Origin: a virus
Taxonomy: Duplodnaviria; Caudoviricetes
Length of the DNA: 56,220 bases
Virus record (IMG/VR): IMGVR_UViG_3300048565_000110
Span: 1-56,220 of that record
Strand: one strand, 5' to 3'
Of this stretch, positions 43,920 through 53,384 are shown piece by piece. The notes below the pieces were generated by a model. That model saw nothing but the letters and a program-made list of their open reading frames with translations, was not told where the DNA came from and searched no databases. A program made the position numbers and the translations under genes. Position 1 is the stretch's first letter. Each line of letters starts with the position of its first letter.

Positions 43920-45968
43920 CTACTCGGTGCCGACCGGCTCTCCCTCAAGGGCCGGTTCGATCATCTTCACGGTCCCGTCGGCCACCACGAAGACACCCAG
44001 GTCCTCGGCCGTGGCCATCTTCGGCGTCCCCGTCGCGATCACGATCACGTTCTGGTGATCCTCGAGGACGCCGTACAGCATCGAAGTCAGGGCCGCCCGA
44101 TAGCGGTCCTCCAGCGAGTCGCCGCGGTCGATCAGGAGGATTCCGATCCCCGTCTGCCGCGACACCGCCTCGGCGAACACGACCCCGAGCCGGATCTTCT
44201 CCGACTCGGAGAGCGCTGCCGTAGGGAGCGCCCGGGACTCGCGAACGCTCACGCGCAGCTCGATGCCCGAGTCGCCCAGCTCGCAGGTCAGCCGAATCTC
44301 GTCTCCGGTCAGTTCGGCCAGCCGTCCGTTGATCGTTTCGAGGAACGGTGCGACTAGGTCGCGGGCCAGGATCGCCGGAACCGCCTTGCGGTTGAGCATC
44401 GTGGCGAGCCGGTCCAGGGTGGCGTGCCGCTCGACCAGCCGCTGATAGGCATCCAGGGCCTGGTCGTAGCTGGCGAGCTGTTTGGCAATGCCTTGGAGCT
44501 CGGCGACGCGCCCGCGCTTGAGCGTGAGCTGGTCGCGGATCGCGTCCAGTTCGCCCTCTTGGGTGGTCACGTCTTCCTGGCCGGAGAGGTCTTCGATCTG
44601 CGCCTGGAGCGCGCGCAGGGCCTCCTCGTGGCGCTCCAGCGCGGTCTCTCGGTCGCCCTTGAGGTGGGAGTTCTCATCGAGGGTCTTGGTGAGACGGTCC
44701 TGCGCATCGTTGAGAGAGGCGACGATGTTGTTCTCGTGAGTCGAGGCGCGCTCGTGCGCCTGCTGGGCGTCGGCGTGGACCGACTGCGCCTCCTTGACGG
44801 CGTTCTTCGCCGCCTGGAGCGCCCTGGCCGCCTTCGTTCCCACGGCCTTGGCATCGCGCTTCATGAGATCGAGTGCCGTCTTGCTCTCGGCAATGGGGCG
44901 GCTGCACGTCGGGCACGTTCCGGCCTCGAGGCGCACGACCTCGGCGTTCGCCCTCTCGTGTTCAGCTAGAGTCGCGTTGGCTGCGGCCACAGCCTCATCG
45001 CGCGAATCGGTCGCGTCTTCAAGCAGCTCGGCGGCTTTCGCGGTAGCGGCAGCCGCCTCGGCGTGGGCTTCCTTGAAGCCCTCCAGATCCGATTCCAGGA
45101 CGGACGTGTCGGTCAAGGCAACGAAGACCGGCTCGGTCTCGCTGAGCCTGTTGAGCTGCTCCTGTGCGATGGCCAGAGCCTTCGCCCGCTCACGCGCCCC
45201 GCCTACCCCCACCTGAAGCTCACGCTGGCGGGTCTCCAGCTCGCCGATCTCAGCCGTGAGGGCTGTGACCTTGCGGGTGATCTCCTCCGCAGTCAGGCGC
45301 TTCTGCACCAGATCAGGTGCGAGTCCCTGCGGACGGGCCTTCTCCTTGTCTTTCCCTGCCGCGGTGCGGGCCGTGTAGATGTCCTTGTAGACCGCCTCCA
45401 GGTCCGCACCCGAGAGGCCGTCGGCGTTCTTGAGCTGAGGGAGCCCGGCCAAGAACCTGAGGTCCTCGGGTGTGCAGCCCGCTTCTCCGAGTGCGAGGAA
45501 GAGCTTGCCCGGCGTCACGCGGAAGTCCACGAGCCCCTGGAGCAGCTTCTGCTGCGTGTCGGGTGGCATGTGGAAGACGTGCGAGGCGTCCAGCACCGCG
45601 CGGACCTGGTCCGCCGACCCACCGACGGTGTCGAGGATTGACTGTTGCAGCATGGCCTTGCCGCCAACCGCCCACGAGACGGAGAGCTCGGTCCCGTCCA
45701 TCGCGGCAACGCGGCGAACGGTACCCTTGCCCTCGATCTCGATCTCGACCTCGGCGGTCTCACCCCACGGACCGATGGTGTCGAAGGCCCCGGCGCCGCG
45801 TGCGTCGGTGACCCGGGTCGTGCCGAGAAGGGCGAACCGGATCGCCTCGGCGATCGCGCTCTTGCCGGTGCCGTTGCCGCCCATCACGACGTTGATCCCG
45901 CGCGACAGGTCGAGCGAGCTGCGGCGATGCGACATGAAGTTCTCGAGGGTGACGCGGGTGATCTTCAT
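43920..45968 (-). CDS. Rad50/SbcC-like SMC ATPase
   Basis: LENFMSH, GGNGTGKS Walker A, coiled coil with CPTC zinc hook, LSESE signature, LLIDRGDSLE. Confidence 0.9.
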   Translation of the reverse strand: MKITRVTLENFMSHRRSSLDLSRGINVVMGGNGTGKSAIAEAIRFALLGTTRVTDARGAGAFDTIGPWGETAEVEIEIEGKGTVRRVAAMDGTELSVSWAVGGKAMLQQSILDTVGGSADQVRAVLDASHVFHMPPDTQQKLLQGLVDFRVTPGKLFLALGEAGCTPEDLRFLAGLPQLKNADGLSGADLEAVYKDIYTARTAAGKDKEKARPQGLAPDLVQKRLTAEEITRKVTALTAEIGELETRQRELQVGVGGARERAKALAIAQEQLNRLSETEPVFVALTDTSVLESDLEGFKEAHAEAAAATAKAAELLEDATDSRDEAVAAANATLAEHERANAEVVRLEAGTCPTCSRPIAESKTALDLMKRDAKAVGTKAARALQAAKNAVKEAQSVHADAQQAHERASTHENNIVASLNDAQDRLTKTLDENSHLKGDRETALERHEEALRALQAQIEDLSGQEDVTTQEGELDAIRDQLTLKRGRVAELQGIAKQLASYDQALDAYQRLVERHATLDRLATMLNRKAVPAILARDLVAPFLETINGRLAELTGDEIRLTCELGDSGIELRVSVRESRALPTAALSESEKIRLGVVFAEAVSRQTGIGILLIDRGDSLEDRYRAALTSMLYGVLEDHQNVIVIATGTPKMATAEDLGVFVVADGTVKMIEPALEGEPVGTE

Positions 45969-46426
45969 CGCTCAGCCTCCATGGATTCGAGGCTGAGACG
46001 GAGTGCTGTGAGCGCCTTGTAGCTATCGAGGATCGTGACGGAGACCTCGTCGCGCTTGCGGGTGGTGATCTTCTCGATCAGCGTGCGAATCGCATTGCCG
46101 GCGCACCCCGCGTCCTTCTTGACATTGGGGATCGCGAACTCAATGGAGTTACCGCTCTTCCTGGCGAAGGGTGCGAGCGCGGTGAGCAAGGCGACCGCCC
46201 CATCCGCCGACAACTCCGGCGCGAATACCTTGCACGCGTCGTAGGCCGGCCGGAGGATTCTCATCAATTCCTTCTCCGATTCGATCTCGACGGCATGCTC
46301 AAGCGCCTTGCTGAGCACCGTCGCGATCTCCGCCTTCTCCTGGGTCCGATCACGCTTCCCCGGAATGATCTCGATGTCGCCCGCGGGATCGGTCGCCGGG
46401 GCAGCTGTGGTCGTCTCGTGTCCCAT
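45965..46426 (-). CDS. Hypothetical protein
   Basis: RBS; stop overlaps the next start. Confidence 0.65.
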   Translation of the reverse strand: MGHETTTAAPATDPAGDIEIIPGKRDRTQEKAEIATVLSKALEHAVEIESEKELMRILRPAYDACKVFAPELSADGAVALLTALAPFARKSGNSIEFAIPNVKKDAGCAGNAIRTLIEKITTRKRDEVSVTILDSYKALTALRLSLESMEAER

Positions 46427-46436
46427 GGTCTTCTCC

Positions 46437-47537
46437 TCAGTCCTTCCAGGTGTCGAACCTGGTGGACGGCTTCATGATTCGGATGGCTTCGAGGCTCTCG
46501 CGCAGCGCGCCCTTCAAGAGCTTCTTGACTGCGGTGCCGTCCGCCTTCAGGTAGTCGAGCAGGTTGACCTTGCCCTCTTGCAGGATTGGCACGAGCTTCT
46601 CGACCGGCCACTCCGTGGTCTCGATCACACGGAAGCCGGTCGAGACGCCGTTGGTGGCGACGGGCCCGTGCTCAGAGCACCACTTCTTGAGCTTGGTCTT
46701 GGCGTTGGTGAGCTGCGTGTCGAGGGCCACGATGGACTCGGCCATCTTCACGGCCTCGGCGTCGGTCACGGGGAGCGCCGCATCCAGTTCGAGCGCCGCT
46801 TGGAAGTCCGGGCAGGCGTGTGTGTGGGGACACGTGACGCACGGCGCGCCCACCTTGCCGTTGAACTCGGTCGTGCCACCGATCTCGCGCGCCTTGGCCA
46901 CGAGCATCTTCAGCGTCTGGCGGATCTGCTTCTCGGTGCGCACGGTCTCCCTGACCGCGCCGTGCCGCACGAAGTCCAGCTCGCACGTGACCTCTTCGGG
47001 ATGACCGAAGTGGAGCCAGGCCAGCGCCGCGTAAATCGAGAGCTGCAGGTCGGAGTCCGCGTCGCTCTGGCTGGCGATGTTCCAGTTCGACTTGTAGTCG
47101 GTGACCTTCACCGCGCGGCCGAGGACGTGGACGCGATCAAGGAAACCGAAGAGCTGCTCGCCGTCGATCTCGCCGCCGAAACGCTGCTCGACGAAGACTT
47201 CCCCGTCCAACGGCACGCGGTGGTTCTCGACGAAGGTGCGGGCGATCTCGAAGACCTCGCCCTGGATCTCGGCCGGGACGCGCTCCGCCTCGCAGGCCTG
47301 GGCCGCGATCGCATCGCACTCAGTGATGTCCGTCTCCACCTTCTGCGCGAGGCAGTGGAGCGTGTACAGCTCCGCGACTTTGTGGACGCCCCGCCCGCGC
47401 GCGAAGTACGGCATTTCGGGGCCCTCGGGCGCGCCCTCCAGAAACTTGTAGGCGTACATGCGGGGGCATTCGATGTAGGCCCGCACGCGAGAGAACGAGA
47501 GCTCGGGGTTCGTCGTGGGGATCGTTTCCGTGGTCAA
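46437..47537 (-). CDS. PD-(D/E)XK exonuclease (RecB/AddB/Cas4-like)
   Basis: SFSR...ECP, GRGVH..AE, E..F...GFLDRV...VTDYKS, QLSIYA and C-terminal CVTCP....CP. Confidence 0.9.
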   Translation of the reverse strand: MTTETIPTTNPELSFSRVRAYIECPRMYAYKFLEGAPEGPEMPYFARGRGVHKVAELYTLHCLAQKVETDITECDAIAAQACEAERVPAEIQGEVFEIARTFVENHRVPLDGEVFVEQRFGGEIDGEQLFGFLDRVHVLGRAVKVTDYKSNWNIASQSDADSDLQLSIYAALAWLHFGHPEEVTCELDFVRHGAVRETVRTEKQIRQTLKMLVAKAREIGGTTEFNGKVGAPCVTCPHTHACPDFQAALELDAALPVTDAEAVKMAESIVALDTQLTNAKTKLKKWCSEHGPVATNGVSTGFRVIETTEWPVEKLVPILQEGKVNLLDYLKADGTAVKKLLKGALRESLEAIRIMKPSTRFDTWKD

Positions 47538-47546
47538 GGTGTCTCC

Positions 47547-48689
47547 TCAGAATGCGGAGCTGCGCTTGGGACGCGCGGCCGCCGTGTTCGCCTGGGGTGT
47601 TCCGGTCGCACGCATCGCGACTACTTCGGGCTTCGGTTCGGGCTTCGGCTCGACTGCGGCCTGGAGCTTCATGTTCTCCAGAATCTCAATCGCGAGCTCG
47701 GGGTCTCCCCCCGCCTTCGTCATGAGGCGCATCGACTGCGCGGCGGTAAGCCTCGCCTCGTCCGTCAGCCGCTTGAGCTTCACGAACGGATCCTCGGGCT
47801 CCGGTTCCGCGTGACTCCCCTTCTGCATCGCCTCGTCGAGGTAGCGATCGAAGGCGTCGCCGGCGGCCTTCCGTGCCGCTTCCTCCGGGTCGGCATCCGC
47901 TCCCACCAGTTCGTGTTCAACGTAGAGGTCGGACGGCATCGCTTCGTCGGGCGCCGGCGTCGTTGCGGGGGCGGGCAGTTCGAGGTTCACGCCGAGCGCC
48001 TTCTGCCCCTGCGCCACCAACTCCTGGAAGGTGAACGGGTGGACGATGTCGAGGACGAAGACTTGGGTGCCGCGGACCTTCCCGCTCTCGTCGATGTAGG
48101 TGCCGTCATGCGGCTTGAGCACGAGCTGGAGCGGGATCCGGGTGATCCGCCCGGCCATGGACTTGAGCTGTTCGAGCCGGGCCCGGACGTTCTGCATCGA
48201 GTTCCAGCTCGAGGTGTCGATCTGCCAGACCGTCATCGAGTGGAAGTCGGTGAGGATGAACTGGAGGCGCCCCAACTCCTTGCACTTGCCCTTCTTGTAG
48301 ACGGGGCAGTCCTTATAGCTACAGCGCATCTCCTGGTACGCGGGCCTGCCGTCACCGTCCACCGTCACCTTGCCGTCGGTCTCGGCCAGACGGAACGCGG
48401 CCTCACCGTCACCCCGGCAGAAGAGCACACCGCCGGTGCGGTAGCTCGCCAGCGTCTCGTGCAGGACGCGCTCGGCGTCCTCGTCGATGAGCATGACGTT
48501 CAGCTTCCGCGGCTTCTCGCCGTAGACCGCCGTGAACTCGGGGATGAGCGTCGGGTCGTCCGGGTCGAAGCGGAAGTAGTCGATCTTGGCGGGATACTCC
48601 TTCCCGCCCTGGGTCACGTTCTTCTCGCCGAGCCGGAACTTCCCGCCGCGGGGATTCCTCTTGGTCTCGCTCCAACCTTTGATGGGCAT
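47547..48689 (-). CDS. Gp3-like (recombination directionality factor-like) protein
   Basis: GKFRLGEK...YPAKIDYF, FCRGDGE.A, CK..GRLQFIL and WQIDTSSWNS pattern. Confidence 0.72.
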   Translation of the reverse strand: MPIKGWSETKRNPRGGKFRLGEKNVTQGGKEYPAKIDYFRFDPDDPTLIPEFTAVYGEKPRKLNVMLIDEDAERVLHETLASYRTGGVLFCRGDGEAAFRLAETDGKVTVDGDGRPAYQEMRCSYKDCPVYKKGKCKELGRLQFILTDFHSMTVWQIDTSSWNSMQNVRARLEQLKSMAGRITRIPLQLVLKPHDGTYIDESGKVRGTQVFVLDIVHPFTFQELVAQGQKALGVNLELPAPATTPAPDEAMPSDLYVEHELVGADADPEEAARKAAGDAFDRYLDEAMQKGSHAEPEPEDPFVKLKRLTDEARLTAAQSMRLMTKAGGDPELAIEILENMKLQAAVEPKPEPKPEVVAMRATGTPQANTAAARPKRSSAF

Positions 48690-48693
48690 GGGG

Positions 48694-48966
48694 TTACGCC
48701 TCCCTGACCGCGACGGCGCCGCGGTTCTCGTGGGTGTTCTTGGCGAGCAGGCAGCGCCCGCAGGTCGAGCCGAGCTCGCCGCCCATGAAGCCACCACAGC
48801 CCTGGCAACGGCGCGGGTGAGAGAGCGAGGTCGCGGGCTTGCGATCGGGAATAGCTGAGTGGCCGGCCAACCACTGCGCCGTCGTCCAGGTGTGGCCCTG
48901 GGTGCAGGCGAAGCGGGTGCCCTCGATGGCATCGTTGCCGCAGGTAGGACAGGTGTGGATGGTCAT
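48694..48966 (-). CDS. Small Zn-finger protein
   Basis: CPTC, C..GH, CQGC and CGRC. Confidence 0.55.
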   Translation of the reverse strand: MTIHTCPTCGNDAIEGTRFACTQGHTWTTAQWLAGHSAIPDRKPATSLSHPRRCQGCGGFMGGELGSTCGRCLLAKNTHENRGAVAVREA

Positions 48967-49265
48967 GACGCCACCGCCTTCGCGCTGAGAAGCTCGGTCG
49001 CCCGATCTTCCAGATCGCCGAACTCGGTGATGAGGGTGCGGCGGAGCACGTCGATCTCACGCGCCCCGAAGGACGCTTTCTGCGTCGTGCGGTAGATGCG
49101 CCGGCGAGCGTCCTGGAGCTCGACCGCGAACTGCTCCGCCGGGGTCATCTTCTCCACGCAGGCGTCGCACAGGTGATCGTCGCCGCGTAGATCGCCGGAG
49201 GACTCAACTGCCTCGTGGCACTTGCTGCACCGGGCAACCGGCGCTCTAGGGATTCGGTGATTCAA
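48963..49265 (-). CDS. Small Zn-finger protein
   Basis: CSKC...CDAC; AGGAGG RBS with TTG start. Confidence 0.6.
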   Translation of the reverse strand: MNHRIPRAPVARCSKCHEAVESSGDLRGDDHLCDACVEKMTPAEQFAVELQDARRRIYRTTQKASFGAREIDVLRRTLITEFGDLEDRATELLSAKAVAS

Positions 49266-49490
49266 GGGCCGCCTCCTTGACTCGAAAACCGTGAGCCGCT
49301 AGGCTCTGGCCTTCGGTTCATGTTCGGCCGGGCTTCTCGTGTCGCGCGGGGGCCCGGCCTTCTTCGTTAGTGCAAGACGCTCTGCACTGCGTCCTTGCCG
49401 ACGCACCACGCGACCGCGAGGAACAGGATCAGAACGCCGAGTTCGTGTTCCCATCCCAGGTCGGGCCTGCGATCGTTCTTGCCTCTCCAC

Positions 49491-49760
49491 TCACGCAGCA
49501 TGTTGGTCTCCTGAATTGGACGGGCGGGCTAGCCGGTCCAAGGAGGGTTGCCCCGAATCACGACCAGCCCGCCGTCCGGCGTTGGTGCGCGTAGGACGCA
49601 CCGCCACTCGCTTCTCTTCTCTGCGCTCAAGCTCTTCCTTAGCCACCAGACCGAACCGCGCGAACCCACGTACCACGGGGTTCGGATCGTTCGCGTACAG
49701 CTCCGCGAGACGGGCGTAGGTCCGGAGGTCCTCGGCGCTCTCGCGGGAGAGGTCGGTCAT
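49491..49760 (-). CDS. Hypothetical protein downstream of cro
   Basis: ATG overlaps the cro TGA; GGAGG RBS. Confidence 0.55.
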   Translation of the reverse strand: MTDLSRESAEDLRTYARLAELYANDPNPVVRGFARFGLVAKEELERREEKRVAVRPTRTNAGRRAGRDSGQPSLDRLARPSNSGDQHAA

Positions 49761-50026
49761 CCGATCCTCCGCGGCGGCAGGAGCTTTTCGGGGGCGATGC
49801 CGTACACCTCGACGATCCGCATGAGCCGCCCCCAACCGGGATCGCTCTCACCACGAAGCCAAGCGCGGACGGTGTTGGGGGCCGCGCCGATCTCCTCAGC
49901 AAACCGCTCGGGAGAGATCCCGATGGAGTCGAGAATTGGCTGAAGTAACGCAGCAAACCGCGAGCGCGTATCTTGCTGCATTTCGGTTGTTTGCGTCTCC
50001 GGCCGCGCCGCCGTCATGTCCTTCAT
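49757..50026 (-). CDS. Cro-like XRE HTH regulator
   Basis: GISPERFAEEIGAAPNTVRAWLRGESDP HTH; divergent from the repressor. Confidence 0.85.
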   Translation of the reverse strand: MKDMTAARPETQTTEMQQDTRSRFAALLQPILDSIGISPERFAEEIGAAPNTVRAWLRGESDPGWGRLMRIVEVYGIAPEKLLPPRRIG

Positions 50027-50033
50027 GCTGCTT

Positions 50034-50062
50034 ATTATCGGCAGTATGCGGTCAAAAATCAA
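50034..50062 (-). promoter_or_regulatory. Sigma70-type lytic promoter TTGATT-N17-GATAAT
   Basis: Exact 17-bp spacing; -10 box ends 7 nt before the cro ATG. Confidence 0.65.
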
Positions 50063-50110
50063 CTCTTTTTTGAGGGTGACACATCTTTTCTCACCGACGA
50101 GTGCTAAGGT
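50052..50110 (+). promoter_or_regulatory. Operator-like dyads and extended -10 (TGcTAAGGT) for the repressor
   Basis: TCAAAAA/TTTTTGA at 50052-50073 and GGTGA/TCACC at 50075-50095 in the AT-rich switch region. Confidence 0.4.
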
Positions 50111-50138
50111 CCAACCGGTTGCGAACTTAGGGGGAGGC

Positions 50139-50795
50139 TTGGAACCTGTCGGATCGCGCGTCTACCGGATCCGTTCCGAGAAGCGACTTTCTCGCGAAGA
50201 GTTGTCGCGTCTGTCGGGCGTGTCGCATCGCCGGATCCAAGACATCGAGGGGGGTGGCAACACCACCATCGATACGCTTCGAAAGCTCGCCGCCGCGCTC
50301 GAAACGACCGTCTCCGACCTGTTGGGCGAGAGCGCTGGCGAGGCCGAGGCGGTCTACGGCACGCTCAAGCAGCTCGTGACGAACATGCAGCAGAAGGGCG
50401 TCGGCAAGCCCATCCCTGTGATCTCGTGGGCTTCTGCTGGGGACGGCCTCTCCTACACTGACCAGGGCTACGCGGCGGGAGCAGCCGACGAGTGGATTGA
50501 GCGCCCCCCGAACGTCCACGACCGCAAGGCGTATGCAGTCCGCGTCGTCGGCGACTCCATGAGTCCAATCATCCAGGCCGGGGATCTCGTGGTACTGGTG
50601 CATGACCAGGAGCCCGTCGCCCACGATCTGGTGCTAGTGAAGCTCCGCACGGGCGAGGTCTACCTAAAGCTCCTGGCGACGCACGACGGCCAGTACATCC
50701 TCGTCTCCGCCAACCAGCTCTATCCCCCGATGGTGGTGTCTCCCGACGATCTTATGTTCCAGCCGCGCAAGGTCGCGGCGATCCTGAAGAGGTGA
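50139..50795 (+). CDS. CI-like repressor (XRE HTH + S24 autopeptidase)
   Basis: LSREELSRLSGVSHRRIQDIEGG HTH; ASAG cleavage site; VVGDSMSP Ser and YLK Lys; start uncertain (TTG). Confidence 0.92.
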   Translation: MEPVGSRVYRIRSEKRLSREELSRLSGVSHRRIQDIEGGGNTTIDTLRKLAAALETTVSDLLGESAGEAEAVYGTLKQLVTNMQQKGVGKPIPVISWASAGDGLSYTDQGYAAGAADEWIERPPNVHDRKAYAVRVVGDSMSPIIQAGDLVVLVHDQEPVAHDLVLVKLRTGEVYLKLLATHDGQYILVSANQLYPPMVVSPDDLMFQPRKVAAILKR

Positions 50796-50798
50796 GGG

Positions 50799-51191
50799 AT
50801 GCCGTTCTTCCTCATGGTCTTGGGAATCATCGCCATCGTCTGGGCGGCGATCGGTAGCATTGCGTTTGATGACCTTGACCAGACGGCCTATTTGCTGGCC
50901 GAGATCGCTGCTTGGCTCTGTTTCGGGATCGGCCTCGTCTGGTACAAGCTGGACGGGATCACGGCGGCGATCCTCGGCAAAGTACCAGCCATGCCGACGC
51001 CCCGGCCGGTATCCACGAAGCCCCACCAAGTGCCGAAGCACGAACGAGGCCTCGCCTCCGCGTGCCCCTACTGCAAGTCCTGTGGGGAGGACGACGGCAG
51101 TGGGCGAATGTGTCTGCGATTCAGCACACCCATTCCGGAACCCGCTCAGGAGAATCCCTGTCAGGGTTCCTTCTGGGAAGCGCGGGGCTGA
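50799..51191 (+). CDS. Two-TM membrane protein with Cys-rich C-terminus
   Basis: Two hydrophobic helices; CPYCKSC...C...C. Confidence 0.65.
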   Translation: MPFFLMVLGIIAIVWAAIGSIAFDDLDQTAYLLAEIAAWLCFGIGLVWYKLDGITAAILGKVPAMPTPRPVSTKPHQVPKHERGLASACPYCKSCGEDDGSGRMCLRFSTPIPEPAQENPCQGSFWEARG

Positions 51192-51192
51192 G

Positions 51193-51930
51193 ATGGGAAC
51201 CTGCAAGTGGTGTCAGAAGGGCGGCTTCTTCCGATCCGTGAACGACTACGGTCTCTGCGCCGAGTGCGCCCCCGGCATCTTCCGCGAGATCCAAAGCCGC
51301 GCCCAGATCATCGATCGCAGCATCACGCTCGTCAACGAGTCGGAGAGTTACAAGACTCGGCTCCTGCGGCTGAAGGCCCTGCGCGAGAACCTGACCGCCC
51401 TCCTGAAATACGAGGCGCAAGGGATCACTACGCTGAAGACTCGACCGTCGGAGCTCATCGACACGCTGGGGCCCCTGAAGGACAAGGTCTTGCTGGAAGC
51501 GATCGAGCAGGAGACCGAAAAGACCGAAGCTCGGCTCTCCGCCGTACCGACCGCAAAGGCCCGCGCTGCCGCCATCGACCGCGCGCTTCTCAAGATCGCG
51601 GACCTCGCCCAACAGATGGACAACCCCGCGCAAGCCCACTTCATGCAGGCCAGACTTCGGACGCGGGCCGAGATGGAGCGATTCGTCGATTTGCTCGACA
51701 AGGCACACCGCGCCGAGTTCAAGGGGTCAAAGAAGGCCGCTGCCTCCGCATACCGCGACATCCTCTACGTGATCGAGCGCGACGGCGCGCCCGCAGGGGT
51801 TCCACCGGAGACCATCGAAGAGATCCGCCGGAAGGTGGAAGAGCAGTCAGCGCCATCATCGGATCGGCCCAACCCGTTAACCCTGCACGCCGTAGAGCCC
51901 CAGGAGAAGCCGGACCATGAGACGCATTGA
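51193..51930 (+). CDS. Hypothetical protein, N-terminal Zn finger plus helical domain
   Basis: MGTCKWCQKGGFF...GLCAEC. Confidence 0.7.
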   Translation: MGTCKWCQKGGFFRSVNDYGLCAECAPGIFREIQSRAQIIDRSITLVNESESYKTRLLRLKALRENLTALLKYEAQGITTLKTRPSELIDTLGPLKDKVLLEAIEQETEKTEARLSAVPTAKARAAAIDRALLKIADLAQQMDNPAQAHFMQARLRTRAEMERFVDLLDKAHRAEFKGSKKAAASAYRDILYVIERDGAPAGVPPETIEEIRRKVEEQSAPSSDRPNPLTLHAVEPQEKPDHETH

Positions 51931-52402
51931 CCGGCTCCTCGGCATCACCCCCAGGCGCGGCGCCAAGGCGCTCTCCGGCTCCGTTCCGGCGTGTCCACGG
52001 CACGCCGGCCGTCCGAGTTCCACTTGCAAGGCCTGCGCAGAAGCACTCGTGAAGGGGCTCCAGGACCTGATGGCCGCGAGGCTCAGCGCCGAATCCAACA
52101 TGGACTCGGTCTACGCCATGATCCAGTGGGCCCGGGAAGCCTGGAAGGCGGAAGAGTTCGAGAAGTGCGAACGGCTGTGCCTGGCCGCCTACGAGCTGCA
52201 GCTCGCTGGGAAGTATGCCAACTTCGGCTACCCGTACGAGCGCCTGGCAATGCTCTACGAGAAGCAAGGACGGTTGGAGGAGGCGCTTAGATTCGCGACG
52301 GAGGGGAAGGCTCGGTTCGGTGTTTCTACCGCCACGCGCCGCGACTGGAGCAAACGCATCGCTAGGTTGAAACGGAAGATCGCCAAGAGGCCGGCACCGT
52401 GA
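51917..52402 (+). CDS. TPR-like helical protein
   Basis: YPYERLAMLYEKQGRLEEALRF...W.KRIARL. Confidence 0.65.
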   Translation: MRRIDRLLGITPRRGAKALSGSVPACPRHAGRPSSTCKACAEALVKGLQDLMAARLSAESNMDSVYAMIQWAREAWKAEEFEKCERLCLAAYELQLAGKYANFGYPYERLAMLYEKQGRLEEALRFATEGKARFGVSTATRRDWSKRIARLKRKIAKRPAP

Positions 52403-52480
52403 TCGGCGCCGTGTTCTCGGGCGCGTGACGATTCATGCTGAGTGAACCCGAGCAGATCTGTAAAGAAGGGAGACAGAGCC

Positions 52481-53293
52481 ATGTCCGCGATTCCCGCAAA
52501 GGTCGAGGCCCGGGTCAAGGGCGAGGTGAAGCGGTACCGATCGATCATCGACTCCGCGAAGCAGCGGGACGTGAACGAAGCGGACACGTCCGTCATCGTC
52601 ACTAGCGTCCTATGCGACATCCTTGGATGGGACAGGTTCACCGACATCACCAGGGAGTATTGCGTCCGCAACACCTTCTGCGACCTAGCCGTTAAGGTCG
52701 ACGGGAAGGTGAAGATCTTCATCGAGGTCAAGGCGATTGGGTTCAGCTTGAAGGACACGCACCTTCGCCAGGTGGTGGACTATGCCACGAAGGAAGGGGT
52801 GGACTGGGTCATCCTCACGAACGCGGCGATCTGGAAGGTCTACAAGGTCCTGTACGAGAAGCCGATCAATCAGCAGGAGGTCTTCGAGGTCGACCTGCTC
52901 GACACCACTGTCCGCCCCGCGTCCCTTGTCGACAAGCTCTACCTGATCTCGAAGGAGGGCGTTTCGAAGTCGGCGATCGCCTCCTACCATGAGGCGAAGC
53001 AGGCCACCAGCCGGTTCATGATCGCGGCCACACTCCTCTCTGAACCGGTCGTCGAAGCTCTTCGCCGTGAGATCCGCCGAGTCAGCGGAGGTGTCCGGCT
53101 CGAGACCGAAGAGCTCCAGGATATCCTGCGGGCCGAGGTCCTCAAGCGTGATGTCTTCGAAGGGGACCAGGCGAAGGAAGCCACGGACCGGGTGCGGCGG
53201 GCCTCGGCGAAGTTACTCAAGCGTCCCACAGCTGACCCGAAGTTGGTATTGGAGACCGCCGCTCCAGATCCGGCCGAGGTTCCGGAGGGGTAG
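52481..53293 (+). CDS. Stand-alone HsdR N-terminal-like PD-(D/E)XK nuclease
   Basis: NEADT, ILGWD, EY...DLA...IEVKA, Q..DYA and WVILTNA..WKVY motifs. Confidence 0.82.
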   Translation: MSAIPAKVEARVKGEVKRYRSIIDSAKQRDVNEADTSVIVTSVLCDILGWDRFTDITREYCVRNTFCDLAVKVDGKVKIFIEVKAIGFSLKDTHLRQVVDYATKEGVDWVILTNAAIWKVYKVLYEKPINQQEVFEVDLLDTTVRPASLVDKLYLISKEGVSKSAIASYHEAKQATSRFMIAATLLSEPVVEALRREIRRVSGGVRLETEELQDILRAEVLKRDVFEGDQAKEATDRVRRASAKLLKRPTADPKLVLETAAPDPAEVPEG

Positions 53294-53384
53294 TCGGCCA
53301 ACATCCCGGTGTTCGTCACCGACTGAGGCCAAGCATGCACTCGTTCGTGTGTCATTCACACTAGATCGGATGGGGGGTGGTTAG

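Noticed and set aside
46308-48707. 799-aa plus-strand ORF (also the 523-aa ORF at 29692-31263)
   Set aside because: Mirror frames of the nuclease/Gp3-like genes and of terL
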